In this document: positions 17,997-29,404 of the stretch, piece by piece
Layout: every line of letters begins with the position of its first letter
Position numbering within the stretch: the stretch's first letter is position 1
IMG/VR virus record: IMGVR_UViG_3300029305_004950
Location: 189,430 to 253,429 of that record
Direction: 5' to 3' (one strand)
Source of the DNA: a virus
Taxonomy: Duplodnaviria; Heunggongvirae; Uroviricota; Caudoviricetes
Length of the DNA: 64,000 bases
Made by a program: the position numbers and the translations under genes
The notes under the pieces: generated by a model
Told to the model about the DNA's origin: nothing
Database searches by the model: none
Seen by the model: the letters and a program-made list of their open reading frames with translations, nothing else

Positions 17997-19208
17997 TTAA
18001 AGTATTTTGTAAACTTCTACTGTATATGTTGAGTCATCATGTACATTGCTTTGTATGTTACCTCCAGCAAAAAGAGCATAATCGCCAACACCTACACCTA
18101 CATGGTTATCTCTTGCCACAGATAGAGGTGTTAGAATTTGTTTTGTTAGATTAGCATCATAAGATTCAGCAACATTTGAACGAGTATAGTTATTAGTATA
18201 ACCGCCTGCAACGACTACAATTTCTGGTGCAGAAACACCTTTTACAGATCTTCTAGCTTCTGATAATGCTGCTATTGAAACTCTAGTTAATGATGCATTA
18301 TAAGCATTTGCATAAGCAACACTATTTTGATGAGCTTCTGCGCTATCACCACCTGCAAATACAGCAAAATTATTCATAGAAGCACCAGCACCATTAGCTG
18401 CTGCGTTAGGTAACGCATTAGTAAGAGTTGTAGTCATAGAATTTAGATTTAAAGCTTCAACATTAGTAGTTCTAGGTTTATCAGAGCCTGCAGCAACACC
18501 ACCTGCAAATAAAGCGTAGTCTCCGACTCTACCAGGCATAGATCTAAACATACCAGCATTAGCAACTAATCTAACATAAGAACTAGTTAAATTATTGTTA
18601 ACTACATATACTGTATTGTTATATGATGTAATAGATGAAGAAGCTGAACCAGATTTACCACTAGCAAATAAAGCATATCCTTTAGCGGATAAAGGAGTCA
18701 TATCAGCAATAGAAATTATCGTAAGACTTGTAGTAACTTTAGTTAAATTGGCATTATACACATCTAAAGAAGAAGTTGTATAACCATTAGTATTATAACC
18801 TCCAGCAAATACAGCATTTTCTTTATTACCAGTATATGCGGATTCTAGATAACTTTTAGCTTCTGTTAATTTAGATATTGTACCAGTGAATTTTGTTAAC
18901 TGAGAATTAAAAGCTTCTAAATTTGCAGTATTGTTGTTATAACCACCAATATATCCACCAGTAAATACTACATAGTCACCTACATTAGTTGCAGTATGGC
19001 CTAAACTTCTATTTGTTAGATTAAATGTATTTCCGTAATAAGCAACTTCTTTAGAACTAGAGAAAAAAGGTCTAGCTACACCATTAACACCAACGTATGC
19101 TTTTTTAGCTAGCTTAGCTACGTTACTAACACCTACATATATCTTTTTACCTTTTTTAGATGTATTAGAAACACCAATATATAGTTTACCTGACATTAGA
19201 GTTAACAC
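17997..19208 (-). CDS. Kelch-like beta-propeller tail/receptor-binding protein
   Basis: Repeats LS.AR....(G)..VGDYALFAGG; N-terminal YVGV..VA...KKAYVGVNGVARPF. Confidence 0.7.
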   Translation of the reverse strand: MLTLMSGKLYIGVSNTSKKGKKIYVGVSNVAKLAKKAYVGVNGVARPFFSSSKEVAYYGNTFNLTNRSLGHTATNVGDYVVFTGGYIGGYNNNTANLEAFNSQLTKFTGTISKLTEAKSYLESAYTGNKENAVFAGGYNTNGYTTSSLDVYNANLTKVTTSLTIISIADMTPLSAKGYALFASGKSGSASSSITSYNNTVYVVNNNLTSSYVRLVANAGMFRSMPGRVGDYALFAGGVAAGSDKPRTTNVEALNLNSMTTTLTNALPNAAANGAGASMNNFAVFAGGDSAEAHQNSVAYANAYNASLTRVSIAALSEARRSVKGVSAPEIVVVAGGYTNNYTRSNVAESYDANLTKQILTPLSVARDNHVGVGVGDYALFAGGNIQSNVHDDSTYTVEVYKIL

Positions 19209-19233
19209 CCCTTTCTTATCAGAGTTTATTTAT

Positions 19234-19302
19234 TATAAATTTGTTGAACTATAAAATCTTTAAAATAGAGTGAGATTCTATTGATCTAATTAATAAGATG
19301 TT
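19234..19302 (-). promoter_or_regulatory. Two tandem putative late promoters (19234-19245 and 19291-19302)
   Basis: AACA AATTTA TA and AACA TCTTAT TA on the minus strand. Confidence 0.55.
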
Positions 19303-19322
19303 CTATCGTTAGTTACTAAAAA

Positions 19323-19369
19323 AGAAATCTAGGATATGTGCTTTTTATACACATATCCTAGATTTCTTA
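19323..19369 (-). terminator. Intrinsic terminator
   Basis: Stem AGAAATCTAGGATATGTG/CACATATCCTAGATTTCT. Confidence 0.75.
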
Positions 19370-19378
19370 TCAAAATTT

Positions 19379-22300
19379 TTAATCAATGATGTCAATAACT
19401 ACAGATAATGCAATTGTAGGAGTTGTTTCACAAGTAAAAGTTAAGCTATTTGTAGTTTGAGAAACACAAGTAACTTCTGCATCTTTATAATCAGTTAAAG
19501 AAGAAGATGCAGGATTAACAATTATTAGATTATTATCAGTAACACCGTTACAAGTAACTGTCTGTGTATTATTAGACCAACCTGCTGTTGTTAAACTAAC
19601 AGTAACATTAGTCATAGTACAGGTTCTTTTGTTATTACTATATACACAGCCATCAGTTCCTACATAAGCAGTCTCATGAGAATAAGTTTGAGAATTATCT
19701 GCTAGAGAGATTGCACCAACTAAGTAAATCTTACTAGAAGTCTTAGTAGAACCAGCAGTATTCTTAGTATCTGAATCATCTCTCCATGCAGGATTACCAC
19801 TACTATCAGTTTTCCAAACTTTATTAATTTGTCCACTACTAGAAGTTACATAACCTTCACTTGAAGAACTATTTGCTTTCCAAGTATTAGTATCTTCACT
19901 TGGAATTCCTAAAGCAGTTATATCAGATTTAGCAACATTACTAACACTACTAACATGACCTAAACTATCTACTTCAATCTTATATAAACCAGAAGATTTA
20001 GATTCATATGAAGGATGAATATAGTTATTAGCTCCTTCAGCCATACCTTCTAGTTTTTTCTTATCATTAGCTGACATCAAACCATCAGTTAATGTAGTAG
20101 CAACTGCATCAGGAATAGTAATGGTTCTACTATTCATGCCAGTTATATGTCCTTGATTATCAGATACAGGTTGTGTTACATTAAAAGATCCACCAAATTT
20201 AGGAGATTCATTTTTTGTAGGAACACCAGTATATGCAGTATAAGTAGGATGTTGATAGACAACTGCTTCTTCAGCCATAGGAGCATATAGATTAGTAGAA
20301 GTTGTACCAACAGTAACAGTACCAATATGAATACCTTCTGTGTAATTATTAGTACACTTTACAGTAGTACCATTAATAGTGATATTACCATTAGTATCAC
20401 TAGTAACACTAACTGATCCAGAACCAGTAATCTTATGACTAGAAGTTACTTCATTATTTTCAACATGATTTAAGAAAACTTTACCATTAGTTAAAGCACT
20501 AGTAGTATTAGTATTGGCTGTAGTAGAATTACTAATTACGTTTTTACTTTCATAATGAGTATCAGTATTAGGATTAGCTGGCATGGTCATAGTAGTAGTA
20601 CCTTTTCCAGTAATATGACCTTGAGCGTCATAAGTAACAGTAGGAATATTAAAAGTACCACCAAAAGTTAAAGTCTTGTTTGCATCACCTTGTGCAGTAC
20701 CAGCAGTAATACTATTTTTATGGTTAAAAGTAGTACCGCTAAGTTTTAAACCAGTACCTGCATCATAAGTAACAGCTTCATCAGGCATAGGCGCATATAA
20801 CTTAGTATCATTACCATTGATATTGATAGTACCAATATGAGTACCAGATGCTAAAGCACTAGTATAACTTACGTTATCTCCACTTTCTGCACCATTAATA
20901 GTGATATTACCATTAGTATCACTAGTAACACTAACTGATCCAGAGCCAGTAATCTTATGACTAGAAGTTACTTCATTATCATTTTCAACATGATTTAAGA
21001 AAACATTACCATTAGTTTGACTAGAATTTGAAGTATCATTAGTAGCACCAACAATATTTTTACTCTTATAATGGGTAGTTTTGTCAGCACCTTCAGCAAT
21101 TCCATCTAGTTTTTTCTTATCATTAGCTGACATCAAACCATCAGTTGATTGTGTTGCAGTATCATCAGGAATAGTAATGGTTCTACTATTCATAGCAGTT
21201 ATATGTCCTTGGGTGTCTGATACAGGTTGTGTTACATTAAAGGATCCACCAAATTTAGGAGATTCATCTTTTGTAGGAACACCAGTATATGCATTATAAG
21301 TAGGATGTGTATAATTGTTAGCACTATCTTCAATTCCATCTAGTTTTTTCTTATCACTAGATGACATTAAACCATTACTATTAGTAGTAGCATTAGAATA
21401 ATTTGCACTAATGGTAACACTATCAGTATCTTCATTAGCTTCAAGAACGATATTACTACCAGCAATTATTCCTAAACTGCTTTCAGATTGATTAGCATCA
21501 AGAGGAATAGTTGTACCATCATTAGTAACATTTACAATGCTAAATGCATTTTGGTTCTTTTCAGCATTAGCAGGAGCATGAGATAATTGAGAATGGTCAT
21601 AAGCAATTTTACCCTTATCACCATAGTAAGCAGTAGCTGATGTTTCACCTAAAGCTAACGTTTCAGAAATAACTGCATAAGCAGTACCACTCCAACGATA
21701 AGTTTTCTTAGAAGTGAGATCAACATAAATCTTACCAGATTCTGCAGCTATTAATGTAGTATGACTAGATTCTTTATAGAATTTACTATTGTATAAGTAG
21801 CCTTCTATTATGTCATCAACGTAAGAAGGTAATTGAGAGGAAGGAATTAAACCTCTTTCATCCAAAGTAGCAACACCATTAGCAGTACCCATTTCAGTAC
21901 GCTTAACCTGTGCATCATTAGTAACATTACCTAAACCTACTTGATTATTAGTTACTCTATGAGGGTTATCAAATTTTTCAATATGTGAAGTTATACTTAC
22001 ACCAGAACTATTTCTGATTTCGGTTAGCTGTTCTTGTATGTTAGAGGTAATACCGTCTAGATAGTTCAGTTCTTCAGTAGTTACTTCAATGCCATCTAAG
22101 ACGTTTAGCTCTTTAGTAGTAGCAGTAATACCATCTAGGACGTTTAATTCGTTAACATCTGCTTTAATACCATGTAAAGTATTTAGTTCACTAGTAGTAG
22201 CTGTAATACCATTTAGAGTGTTTAACTCATTAACGTTTGCTTTAATACCATGTAAAGTATTTAGTTCACTAGTAGTAGCAGTAATACCATCTAAGACATT

Positions 22301-23110
22301 TAATTCGTTAGCAGTAGCAGTAATATCTTTAATGTCAGATATTGTATGATTATAATTACCATTAGGTATTGTAGTTGTAATTGTTAGATTACTACTACCA
22401 TCAAAACTACCAGAACCTGAAACATCACCAACTAAAGATATTGTTCTACTATTTGCAAGTTTATAAGCTGAACCAGAAATATTTGCTGTTATTGTATTAG
22501 TTTCAGGATTTAAAGTTACGCCACTATCAAAAAATGTAGTATCTGTAGTTTTAGTAATTTGACCGCTTGGACCTAGTAATAAAGGATATTGACTGTTATC
22601 AATTTTAGGTGTTTGAGTTACCTTAGTATCAGTCCAAGGTATATTAACGAACATTTGATCATCGGAGTTTAATTCTACAGGATAGTTTTGCTTGTTTTCT
22701 TTATAACCGATTTTAACTAATCCAAGATCACTATCAGTAGCAGTATCATAAGTAGTATCTTTTGCTTTAATAACAACTGCTTTATTTTCAACAACAGGTT
22801 CTAATACAACATTAGGACCAGCAGCTAGAATTAAAGTATCGGCGACAGCTTCAGCAACAACATCTTCAACAATCTCTACTTTTTCACTATCTTCTACTAC
22901 TTCAGCGATTTTAATTTCACTGAAAGCATTTTGGTTTAAAATTTCTTGAATTGTATATCCGCCATCTTTAATGACTTTACCAGTAGTATCAGCAAATACA
23001 GCAACTTTATCAAGTTCTGCAGATTCAGGACCAACTATATTGGTATTCAATTCAAGCTCATTAATTAAATTTTTAAGATCAATTTGCTTTGCTTTTATCT
23101 TATTCCCCAA
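19379..23110 (-). CDS. Long tail fibre protein (about 1240 aa) with internal repeats
   Basis: 13-aa ELNxLxGI repeats, NPHxVT..QVGLGNV and DGLMSA.DKKKLDGI fibre motifs. Probable TTG start at 23110 (track start 23122). Confidence 0.75.
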   Translation of the reverse strand: MGNKIKAKQIDLKNLINELELNTNIVGPESAELDKVAVFADTTGKVIKDGGYTIQEILNQNAFSEIKIAEVVEDSEKVEIVEDVVAEAVADTLILAAGPNVVLEPVVENKAVVIKAKDTTYDTATDSDLGLVKIGYKENKQNYPVELNSDDQMFVNIPWTDTKVTQTPKIDNSQYPLLLGPSGQITKTTDTTFFDSGVTLNPETNTITANISGSAYKLANSRTISLVGDVSGSGSFDGSSNLTITTTIPNGNYNHTISDIKDITATANELNVLDGITATTSELNTLHGIKANVNELNTLNGITATTSELNTLHGIKADVNELNVLDGITATTKELNVLDGIEVTTEELNYLDGITSNIQEQLTEIRNSSGVSITSHIEKFDNPHRVTNNQVGLGNVTNDAQVKRTEMGTANGVATLDERGLIPSSQLPSYVDDIIEGYLYNSKFYKESSHTTLIAAESGKIYVDLTSKKTYRWSGTAYAVISETLALGETSATAYYGDKGKIAYDHSQLSHAPANAEKNQNAFSIVNVTNDGTTIPLDANQSESSLGIIAGSNIVLEANEDTDSVTISANYSNATTNSNGLMSSSDKKKLDGIEDSANNYTHPTYNAYTGVPTKDESPKFGGSFNVTQPVSDTQGHITAMNSRTITIPDDTATQSTDGLMSANDKKKLDGIAEGADKTTHYKSKNIVGATNDTSNSSQTNGNVFLNHVENDNEVTSSHKITGSGSVSVTSDTNGNITINGAESGDNVSYTSALASGTHIGTININGNDTKLYAPMPDEAVTYDAGTGLKLSGTTFNHKNSITAGTAQGDANKTLTFGGTFNIPTVTYDAQGHITGKGTTTMTMPANPNTDTHYESKNVISNSTTANTNTTSALTNGKVFLNHVENNEVTSSHKITGSGSVSVTSDTNGNITINGTTVKCTNNYTEGIHIGTVTVGTTSTNLYAPMAEEAVVYQHPTYTAYTGVPTKNESPKFGGSFNVTQPVSDNQGHITGMNSRTITIPDAVATTLTDGLMSANDKKKLEGMAEGANNYIHPSYESKSSGLYKIEVDSLGHVSSVSNVAKSDITALGIPSEDTNTWKANSSSSEGYVTSSSGQINKVWKTDSSGNPAWRDDSDTKNTAGSTKTSSKIYLVGAISLADNSQTYSHETAYVGTDGCVYSNNKRTCTMTNVTVSLTTAGWSNNTQTVTCNGVTDNNLIIVNPASSSLTDYKDAEVTCVSQTTNSLTFTCETTPTIALSVVIDIID
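22080..22325 (-). repeat. 39-bp coding tandem repeat (13-aa T.T..ELN.L.GI)
   Basis: About 6-7 copies visible in DNA and protein. Confidence 0.8.
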
Positions 23111-23144
23111 TTTAAAAAACACTCCTTTCTTTTATAGTTTCTTA

Positions 23145-23156
23145 TAATGATATGTT
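23145..23156 (-). promoter_or_regulatory. Putative late promoter AACA-N6-TA
   Basis: AACA TATCAT TA. Confidence 0.65.
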
Positions 23157-23219
23157 TTTTAGTAAAGTAAATGATATTAGAATATGCATAAGAAATGCAT
23201 ATTCTAATATTCGTTAATT

Positions 23220-24062
23220 TTAGTCAATAATGTCAATATCTACAGTTAAGTCAGCTGTAGGTATATTTTCGCAAGTAAAAGTTAAACTATTAGCAGCTTG
23301 AGTGGTACAAGTAACACCTGCGTTCTTATAATCAGTTAAAGAAGCAGATGTAGGACTAACAATTACTAAGTTATCAGTAGTAACACCAGAGCAAGTAACA
23401 GTTTGAGTATTACTAGACCAACTAGCAACAGCTAAAGTAATAGTTACTCTAGTTTTAACTTTAGTTATATAATTAGCAGGTAAATAAGTTTCCTTCAATG
23501 CATTAAATGCAGATGACACATCATCATAAAGTGCAAATGTAGAACCCTTTGTTGCAGTAACAGCACCATTAGTAGCAGATATAGAAGTAATAGCATTACC
23601 ATCACCAGTTTCAGTTACAGTAGTGACAGTATCATTATCTACTCCCCAAACAGCAGTACCAGCAGCAGACCAACGTAAAATTTGTCCACTAGAACCACCA
23701 CTAGGAATATGTTTATTACCAGCAGTAGTAGGATGAGTATAAACAGTATCAGTAGCTGCAATAGTAACCTTATCATTAGTAGCATCAGGTGTTAAAGTAA
23801 TGTTAGTACCTGCCACTAAAGTTAAAGTATCAGTTTTAGTATCAGCAGCAATAGTAGTTGAACCAACCTTTACATTACTAAAAGCATTCTGGTTTACTTC
23901 TGCACCAGTAGCAATTCCAGCTAACTTATTCTTTTCGGTAGTAGTATAGTCGTTAGTTGATAATCCTTTTCCGTCTACTTTATCAACCTTTTTTCTTAAA
24001 TTGTTTGCAACCCAAGTCTTTAAATCGTCTCTTAGGTTTACTAAAGCTTGTAAAATATCCAT
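23220..24062 (-). CDS. Short tail fibre-like protein
   Basis: KVDKVDGKGLSTNDYTT.EK.KLAGI motif; C-terminal domain paralogous to that of 19379..23110. Confidence 0.75.
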   Translation of the reverse strand: MDILQALVNLRDDLKTWVANNLRKKVDKVDGKGLSTNDYTTTEKNKLAGIATGAEVNQNAFSNVKVGSTTIAADTKTDTLTLVAGTNITLTPDATNDKVTIAATDTVYTHPTTAGNKHIPSGGSSGQILRWSAAGTAVWGVDNDTVTTVTETGDGNAITSISATNGAVTATKGSTFALYDDVSSAFNALKETYLPANYITKVKTRVTITLAVASWSSNTQTVTCSGVTTDNLVIVSPTSASLTDYKNAGVTCTTQAANSLTFTCENIPTADLTVDIDIID

Positions 24063-24150
24063 TATATTTTAACCACTCCTTTTATCTAAATCTTAATAAA
24101 AATTTTATATAAGTTTTCTAAGAACAATTTACCATTTACATATCCTTTAT

Positions 24151-24162
24151 TAATAGTATGTT
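24151..24162 (-). promoter_or_regulatory. Putative late promoter AACA-N6-TA
   Basis: AACA TACTAT TA, identical to 48424-48435. Confidence 0.6.
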
Positions 24163-24240
24163 CTTTAAGATAAAATTTGCATAAAAATCTCCTATATCTA
24201 AAGCTATAAAGTTTTAGATATAGGAGAAAATTTTTAATCA

Positions 24241-27006
24241 TTAAGAAACGATTGCAGTAGTATCAAAAGATAATAAAGAATAATCAATATCTACAATATA
24301 GTTGTAAATAGGTACGCCCTTTAATGAAACATTAGTAGTATTAATACCATCTTTATTAACAGTCATAATAATGTTACCAGATTTATCAACGATATTATAA
24401 GTCTCAGAATTATCTTCTGTAATGTTAGGAGCATTATCTAGATCGTTATAGTTACCAGAGAAATCTGATTTACTATTCCAAGTATTTCTCTCATTAGCAG
24501 TAATATGAACAGTAGTATTACCAGTATGAGTAGTTAAAGCTGTTTGATCAGCTTTAGCATTCCATGCAGTCTTATCTGCTTTAGTAACATGGATATCTCC
24601 ATTACTAGTATGAGTACTTAAATCAGTAATGTTCTTATTCCACTTAGTTCTTTCTGCTTCAGTAATATGAACAGTAGTATTACCAGTATGAGTAGTTAAA
24701 GCTGTTTGATCAGCTTTAGCATTCCATGCAGTCTTATCTGCTTTAGTAACATGGATATCTCCATTACTAGTATGAGTAGTAATAGTTGTACGAATATCAC
24801 TGTGAGTAGAAGTATCACTACCATGAGTACTTAGTAAATCTTTAAGAACATTACCTTGTTTAGCACTTAAAGGTTTATTAGTATCAGTAGATGTTAGATT
24901 ATTAACAATATCGGTAACATTTACTTTACTATCAAGAGCCACTTTTACATCAGTACCATTAACAGTAATTGAAGTTTTTGCTTTAATATCAGTTGTTTCT
25001 AGACCAGAATTATCTACTCTTAGAATTACATTACCAGAATTATCAACAATAACCCATTCTTTTGATTCAGAAACAATAGTTTCACTTAACTCAGCCTTTA
25101 GAGCATCTAAAGCTGTTTGCTGTGCAGTTGAAACAGGTTTGTTAGCATCGGATGTATTATCTACATTACCTAAACCAACCTGTGCTTTAGTAACACTATG
25201 AGGATTATTCTTATTAGCAATATGGTTATCCCAATTAGTTCTTTCAGTAGGTGTAATGTGGATACTTCCATCAGTAGAATGAGTATCTAAAGCAGTTGAT
25301 AACCCATCAAGTAATGTTCTAAGAACTTTACCCTGATTAGCACTTAAAGGTTTATTAGTATCAGTAGAAGTCAGATTATCAATGATATCAGAAACATTTA
25401 CCTTACTGGTTGTAATTGAATCAATTAAACTCTTATTTGACTTAATATATGCAACAATTTCACTTAGTTGGTCTAAAGTTGTATCATCACTATCAGCTAA
25501 TGCATTTAGTCTTCTTTTTAAGTCTTCTATAAAAGTAGCTTGTTCACTAAACTTAGTAGTAACATCAGTACCATCAACAACTACAGTTTTTGCTTTAACA
25601 TTAGTTGTTTCTAGGCCAGAATTATCAACTCTTAGAATTACATTACCAGAATTATCAGCAATTACTACATCACCAGAGTTATCCTCAGTAATGTTAGGCT
25701 TATTACTTAGATCGTTATAATCTCCACTAAAGTGGAAATCATTCTCTCTATGATTATCTAAAGCTGTATCAACTTCATCTATTGAAGTTTTTAGAACATT
25801 ACCCTGATTAGCACTTAAAGGTTTATTAGTATCAGTAGAGGATAAGTTATCAATGATATCAGCAGTATTTACTTTTGCATCAACTAAATCTTTAAGAACT
25901 TTACCCTGATTAGCACTTAAAGGCTTATTAGTATCAATAGAAGTTAGATTGTCAACTATATCAGCAGTATTTACCTTGTTGCTAATTAAGGTTTCATGTT
26001 CACTAAACTTAGTAGTGACATTAGTACCTTCAACAACTACAGATTTTGCTTTAATGTCAGTTGTCTCTAGACCAGTACTGTCTACCTTTAAGATAACATT
26101 ACCAGAGTTATCGGCAATTACAACCTCACCAGAACCATCTTCGGTAATGTTAGGTTTATTCTCTAGATCGTTATAATCACCACTGAAGTGGAAATCATTC
26201 TCTTTATGATCATTTAAAGATGTTTCTAAAGCGTCAATCTGTCTATCAACGTCTCCACTACTAAGACTTAGTTTAGTAGTATGAGCACCTTGAGCATCTA
26301 CTTTAAAGATAATGTTACCATCATTATCGGCAATTACAACCTCGCCAGAACCATCTTCGGTAATGTTAGGTTTATTCTCTAGATCGTTATAATCTCCACT
26401 AAAATGAAGACTAGTATCTTCTTTATGAGTAGCTAAAGATGTTTCTAAAGCGTCAATCTGTCTATCAACGTCTCCACTACTAAGACTTAGTTTAGTAGTA
26501 TGAGCACCTTGAGCATCTACTTTAAAGATAATGTTACCATCATTATCGGTAATAGAAACTTCACCAGAACCATCTTCTACGATGTTAGGTTTATTCTCTA
26601 GATCGTTATAATCACCACTAAAATGAAGACTAGTATCTTCTTTATGAGTAGCTAAAGATGTCTCTAAAGCATCAATTTGTCTATCAATATCTCCACTACT
26701 AAGTTCTAATTTAGTAGTATGAGCACCTTGAGCGTCTACTCTAAAGATAACATTACCAGACTTATCAGCGATAGTTACTTCACCAGAACCATCTTCAGTA
26801 ATGTTAGGTTTATTTTTTAGATCATTATAATTACCATTAAAGTGAACACTAGTATCTTTTTTATGCGCATCAATAGTAGTATTTATAACATCTACGTCAG
26901 TATTTTTAGCAGGAGTGTAACCTAATGAAGAGATTATCTTACTTTTAGTTACTGATTGACCAGAAAGTTTTTGTAATCCATTTTCAAGTTGGATATTTAT
27001 ACTCAT
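24241..27006 (-). CDS. Tail fibre protein built from duplicated modules
   Basis: 73-aa GDYNDLENKPNI modules, DNLTSTDTNKPLSANQGK and HT.N..IHVT motifs. Start moved to 27006 behind AAGGAGG. Confidence 0.75.
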   Translation of the reverse strand: MSINIQLENGLQKLSGQSVTKSKIISSLGYTPAKNTDVDVINTTIDAHKKDTSVHFNGNYNDLKNKPNITEDGSGEVTIADKSGNVIFRVDAQGAHTTKLELSSGDIDRQIDALETSLATHKEDTSLHFSGDYNDLENKPNIVEDGSGEVSITDNDGNIIFKVDAQGAHTTKLSLSSGDVDRQIDALETSLATHKEDTSLHFSGDYNDLENKPNITEDGSGEVVIADNDGNIIFKVDAQGAHTTKLSLSSGDVDRQIDALETSLNDHKENDFHFSGDYNDLENKPNITEDGSGEVVIADNSGNVILKVDSTGLETTDIKAKSVVVEGTNVTTKFSEHETLISNKVNTADIVDNLTSIDTNKPLSANQGKVLKDLVDAKVNTADIIDNLSSTDTNKPLSANQGNVLKTSIDEVDTALDNHRENDFHFSGDYNDLSNKPNITEDNSGDVVIADNSGNVILRVDNSGLETTNVKAKTVVVDGTDVTTKFSEQATFIEDLKRRLNALADSDDTTLDQLSEIVAYIKSNKSLIDSITTSKVNVSDIIDNLTSTDTNKPLSANQGKVLRTLLDGLSTALDTHSTDGSIHITPTERTNWDNHIANKNNPHSVTKAQVGLGNVDNTSDANKPVSTAQQTALDALKAELSETIVSESKEWVIVDNSGNVILRVDNSGLETTDIKAKTSITVNGTDVKVALDSKVNVTDIVNNLTSTDTNKPLSAKQGNVLKDLLSTHGSDTSTHSDIRTTITTHTSNGDIHVTKADKTAWNAKADQTALTTHTGNTTVHITEAERTKWNKNITDLSTHTSNGDIHVTKADKTAWNAKADQTALTTHTGNTTVHITANERNTWNSKSDFSGNYNDLDNAPNITEDNSETYNIVDKSGNIIMTVNKDGINTTNVSLKGVPIYNYIVDIDYSLLSFDTTAIVS
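24498..24778. repeat. Exact direct repeat of about 119 bp (24498-24616 and 24660-24778)
   Basis: Read directly from the sequence. Confidence 0.85.
26150..26830. repeat. 219-bp-period near-identical coding repeat, 3-4 copies
   Basis: For example, the block at 26221 recurs at 26440. Confidence 0.85.
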
Positions 27007-27144
27007 ATGATTGAAATTACCTCCTTTCAAAATTTGTATAGAGAAATTTCGTTTAAAAATTTATAAAATAGCTAAATAATATAAAAAAATCTTATATTAT
27101 TTAGCTATTTTTATATCTTAAATGTTTACCAATTATTTATATAA

Positions 27145-29385
27145 TTAAATATAAGCCTTAATATAAGTTGGGAAGTATAAAGCATATCCTTCAACAGCAT
27201 TAGCATCAGTAGAATTAGTTCTATGGTGTGCTACAATTAAGTATTGAGCGTTAGAAGGTACAGCTATATTAGTTGTGCTCTGTCCTTTTTCAACAGATTG
27301 ACGAGAACCGCTCAAATCAATTAAGTCTTCATCAATACTAAACTGATAATAAGTGGTAAAATTATTTTGTGCAGTTATATCAATTTTGGAATATCCTTTA
27401 ATAGGACAATAAGCAGTATAATAACCATCTTGAGCAGTTGCTAAAGATGTACCACTACTCATAATCCAAGTATTATCAAATATCTCAAAATCAGATTCAG
27501 TTAACACTTTATCTTCGGTTGGTAAATCTTCAGGTAATTCACTTTCACCACTACTAGTACCACCTTTAACGTCAGCATAGATATAGATATCACCATTAAC
27601 GTCTGGTACGTTAATAGTGGTAACATCTCCAGAAGTAGTATAAGCATTTTTTAATTCACCATATCTCATCATAATGCTAATACCTTCACTACCTAAAGAA
27701 CAACCACTATTTAAAGTTAAAGTAGCATTAAAACTCTGTCCTTTTTGTACTGTAGAAGGACCACTGTATTCAATACCACTATCTAATACAAGATATACTT
27801 TATATTCACTATCAAATTCAGCCTTGTTACTATTATCACGCAACCAGCTAAATTCAGATGTAATAGCTTCATATGTCAATGTATTTCCTAATGGACTTAA
27901 ATGAGTTCCATCAGAAGCAAAATAAGTTTTATCCTGACCACCAGAAATAACATTATTTTTACTAGTTAATAAATCAAGGCGACATCCAAATTGTCCTAAA
28001 GAAACAATGTGTTCATTTAAAGGTTTAATACTTCCAGCACGACCATCACAAGCCCAGCAAGTATTTAAAATTAAAATTACATTAAAATACTCACATATAT
28101 CAATAAACTTTTGATATAGATATTTATTACCACCATTAGTGCCGATTGTAACTACAATAGCTTCAGGTTTTAAACGTGGAACCATACTACGTACAGTATT
28201 AACACAACACATAATATCTCCAGAACCTCTACCACAAGCAATAGAATTGCCAAAATATCTACCACATCTAATTGCAAAGGCATCGTCTGGTAGATTATGA
28301 GTTCCCTGAGTAATACTATCTCCAAAGAACATAACCTTGGGTTTAGTACACCAAGTACGACCATACCATTTACGAATAACTGGAGAGCCAGATGATACAA
28401 ACAATTGTGGAGAATCATACATACGTCCAACTGGACTCTTTCCTCTAGTCAAACCAGTACTTGACTCATCCTTTTGTGCTACTGTTTCTAATCCGGCTAA
28501 GAAAGTTACTGATTTATTTGTATGATCATTAATAATTGTTGCTCTAATAGGACCATCAGCTTTTTCTAATTTAATTGTAAATAGATGATTATTATCTTGA
28601 CCACCAATTGAATCAACTACATCGCTAATATCTACATTCTTATAGAAAGAAGAAGGTACATTACCTCCATTACTTCCTTTTGCTAGTTTCATAATTTTAT
28701 TTTTAAAATTAACACATAACATAGTTCCATGTGAACAGGAACCTTGTGTAGTTTTAGTACTTAAATAGATTTCTTCTTGATTGGTGATTGTTTGTACTTC
28801 AACAGCCATAGTTTGAGCATCTGCTAAAATAACTTTATTTAATAAGATTCCATTTCCAATACCAGTATTTAAAACTAAGCCACCATCTTTAAAAGTACCA
28901 TTGATTTTATGGTCTACAAAATCGTTGTAATCTAAAGAATCGGGATTAGCAAAATCAGCAAAATATAAAAAACCTTTATGGCGTTCTTTAGATTTTGGAA
29001 CTTCAATATTAAAATCAGAGAAATTAGCAAAATCATTTGAAATATAAAGCATTGTTGCTGTTTCTGGAATACTCAAATACTTGCAAGTTCCAGAATTCCA
29101 CTGCTCAATTATATCTGTTTTTGAGGAACCAATTAAAGTACAATATCCAGTTGAATTTGGATAAGCATTAACTATAATTGTACTGCCTCTATATTTTCTT
29201 ACATCAAAAGTGCATTTTTCATAAGAAGAATTTGAAGCAGCAGAACAAGAAGCTGAGTAATATCCGGTAGATGTAATAGGATAAATTCTCTCTTTATCTG
29301 ATTGAACGATACCTTGTTCAATTAAATTTAAATGGGAAGCCTCTAAAGTTTGACCTTTTTCAAAATTTTGAATTAAATAAGACAT
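27145..29385 (-). CDS. Virion appendage protein with SGNH/GDSL hydrolase domain
   Basis: FFGDSITQG, GTNG and DGTH catalytic blocks; N-terminal G..L.ASHLN.IEQGI attachment motif. Confidence 0.75.
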   Translation of the reverse strand: MSYLIQNFEKGQTLEASHLNLIEQGIVQSDKERIYPITSTGYYSASCSAASNSSYEKCTFDVRKYRGSTIIVNAYPNSTGYCTLIGSSKTDIIEQWNSGTCKYLSIPETATMLYISNDFANFSDFNIEVPKSKERHKGFLYFADFANPDSLDYNDFVDHKINGTFKDGGLVLNTGIGNGILLNKVILADAQTMAVEVQTITNQEEIYLSTKTTQGSCSHGTMLCVNFKNKIMKLAKGSNGGNVPSSFYKNVDISDVVDSIGGQDNNHLFTIKLEKADGPIRATIINDHTNKSVTFLAGLETVAQKDESSTGLTRGKSPVGRMYDSPQLFVSSGSPVIRKWYGRTWCTKPKVMFFGDSITQGTHNLPDDAFAIRCGRYFGNSIACGRGSGDIMCCVNTVRSMVPRLKPEAIVVTIGTNGGNKYLYQKFIDICEYFNVILILNTCWACDGRAGSIKPLNEHIVSLGQFGCRLDLLTSKNNVISGGQDKTYFASDGTHLSPLGNTLTYEAITSEFSWLRDNSNKAEFDSEYKVYLVLDSGIEYSGPSTVQKGQSFNATLTLNSGCSLGSEGISIMMRYGELKNAYTTSGDVTTINVPDVNGDIYIYADVKGGTSSGESELPEDLPTEDKVLTESDFEIFDNTWIMSSGTSLATAQDGYYTAYCPIKGYSKIDITAQNNFTTYYQFSIDEDLIDLSGSRQSVEKGQSTTNIAVPSNAQYLIVAHHRTNSTDANAVEGYALYFPTYIKAYI

Positions 29386-29404
29386 CTTAAATACCCCCTA
29401 ATTA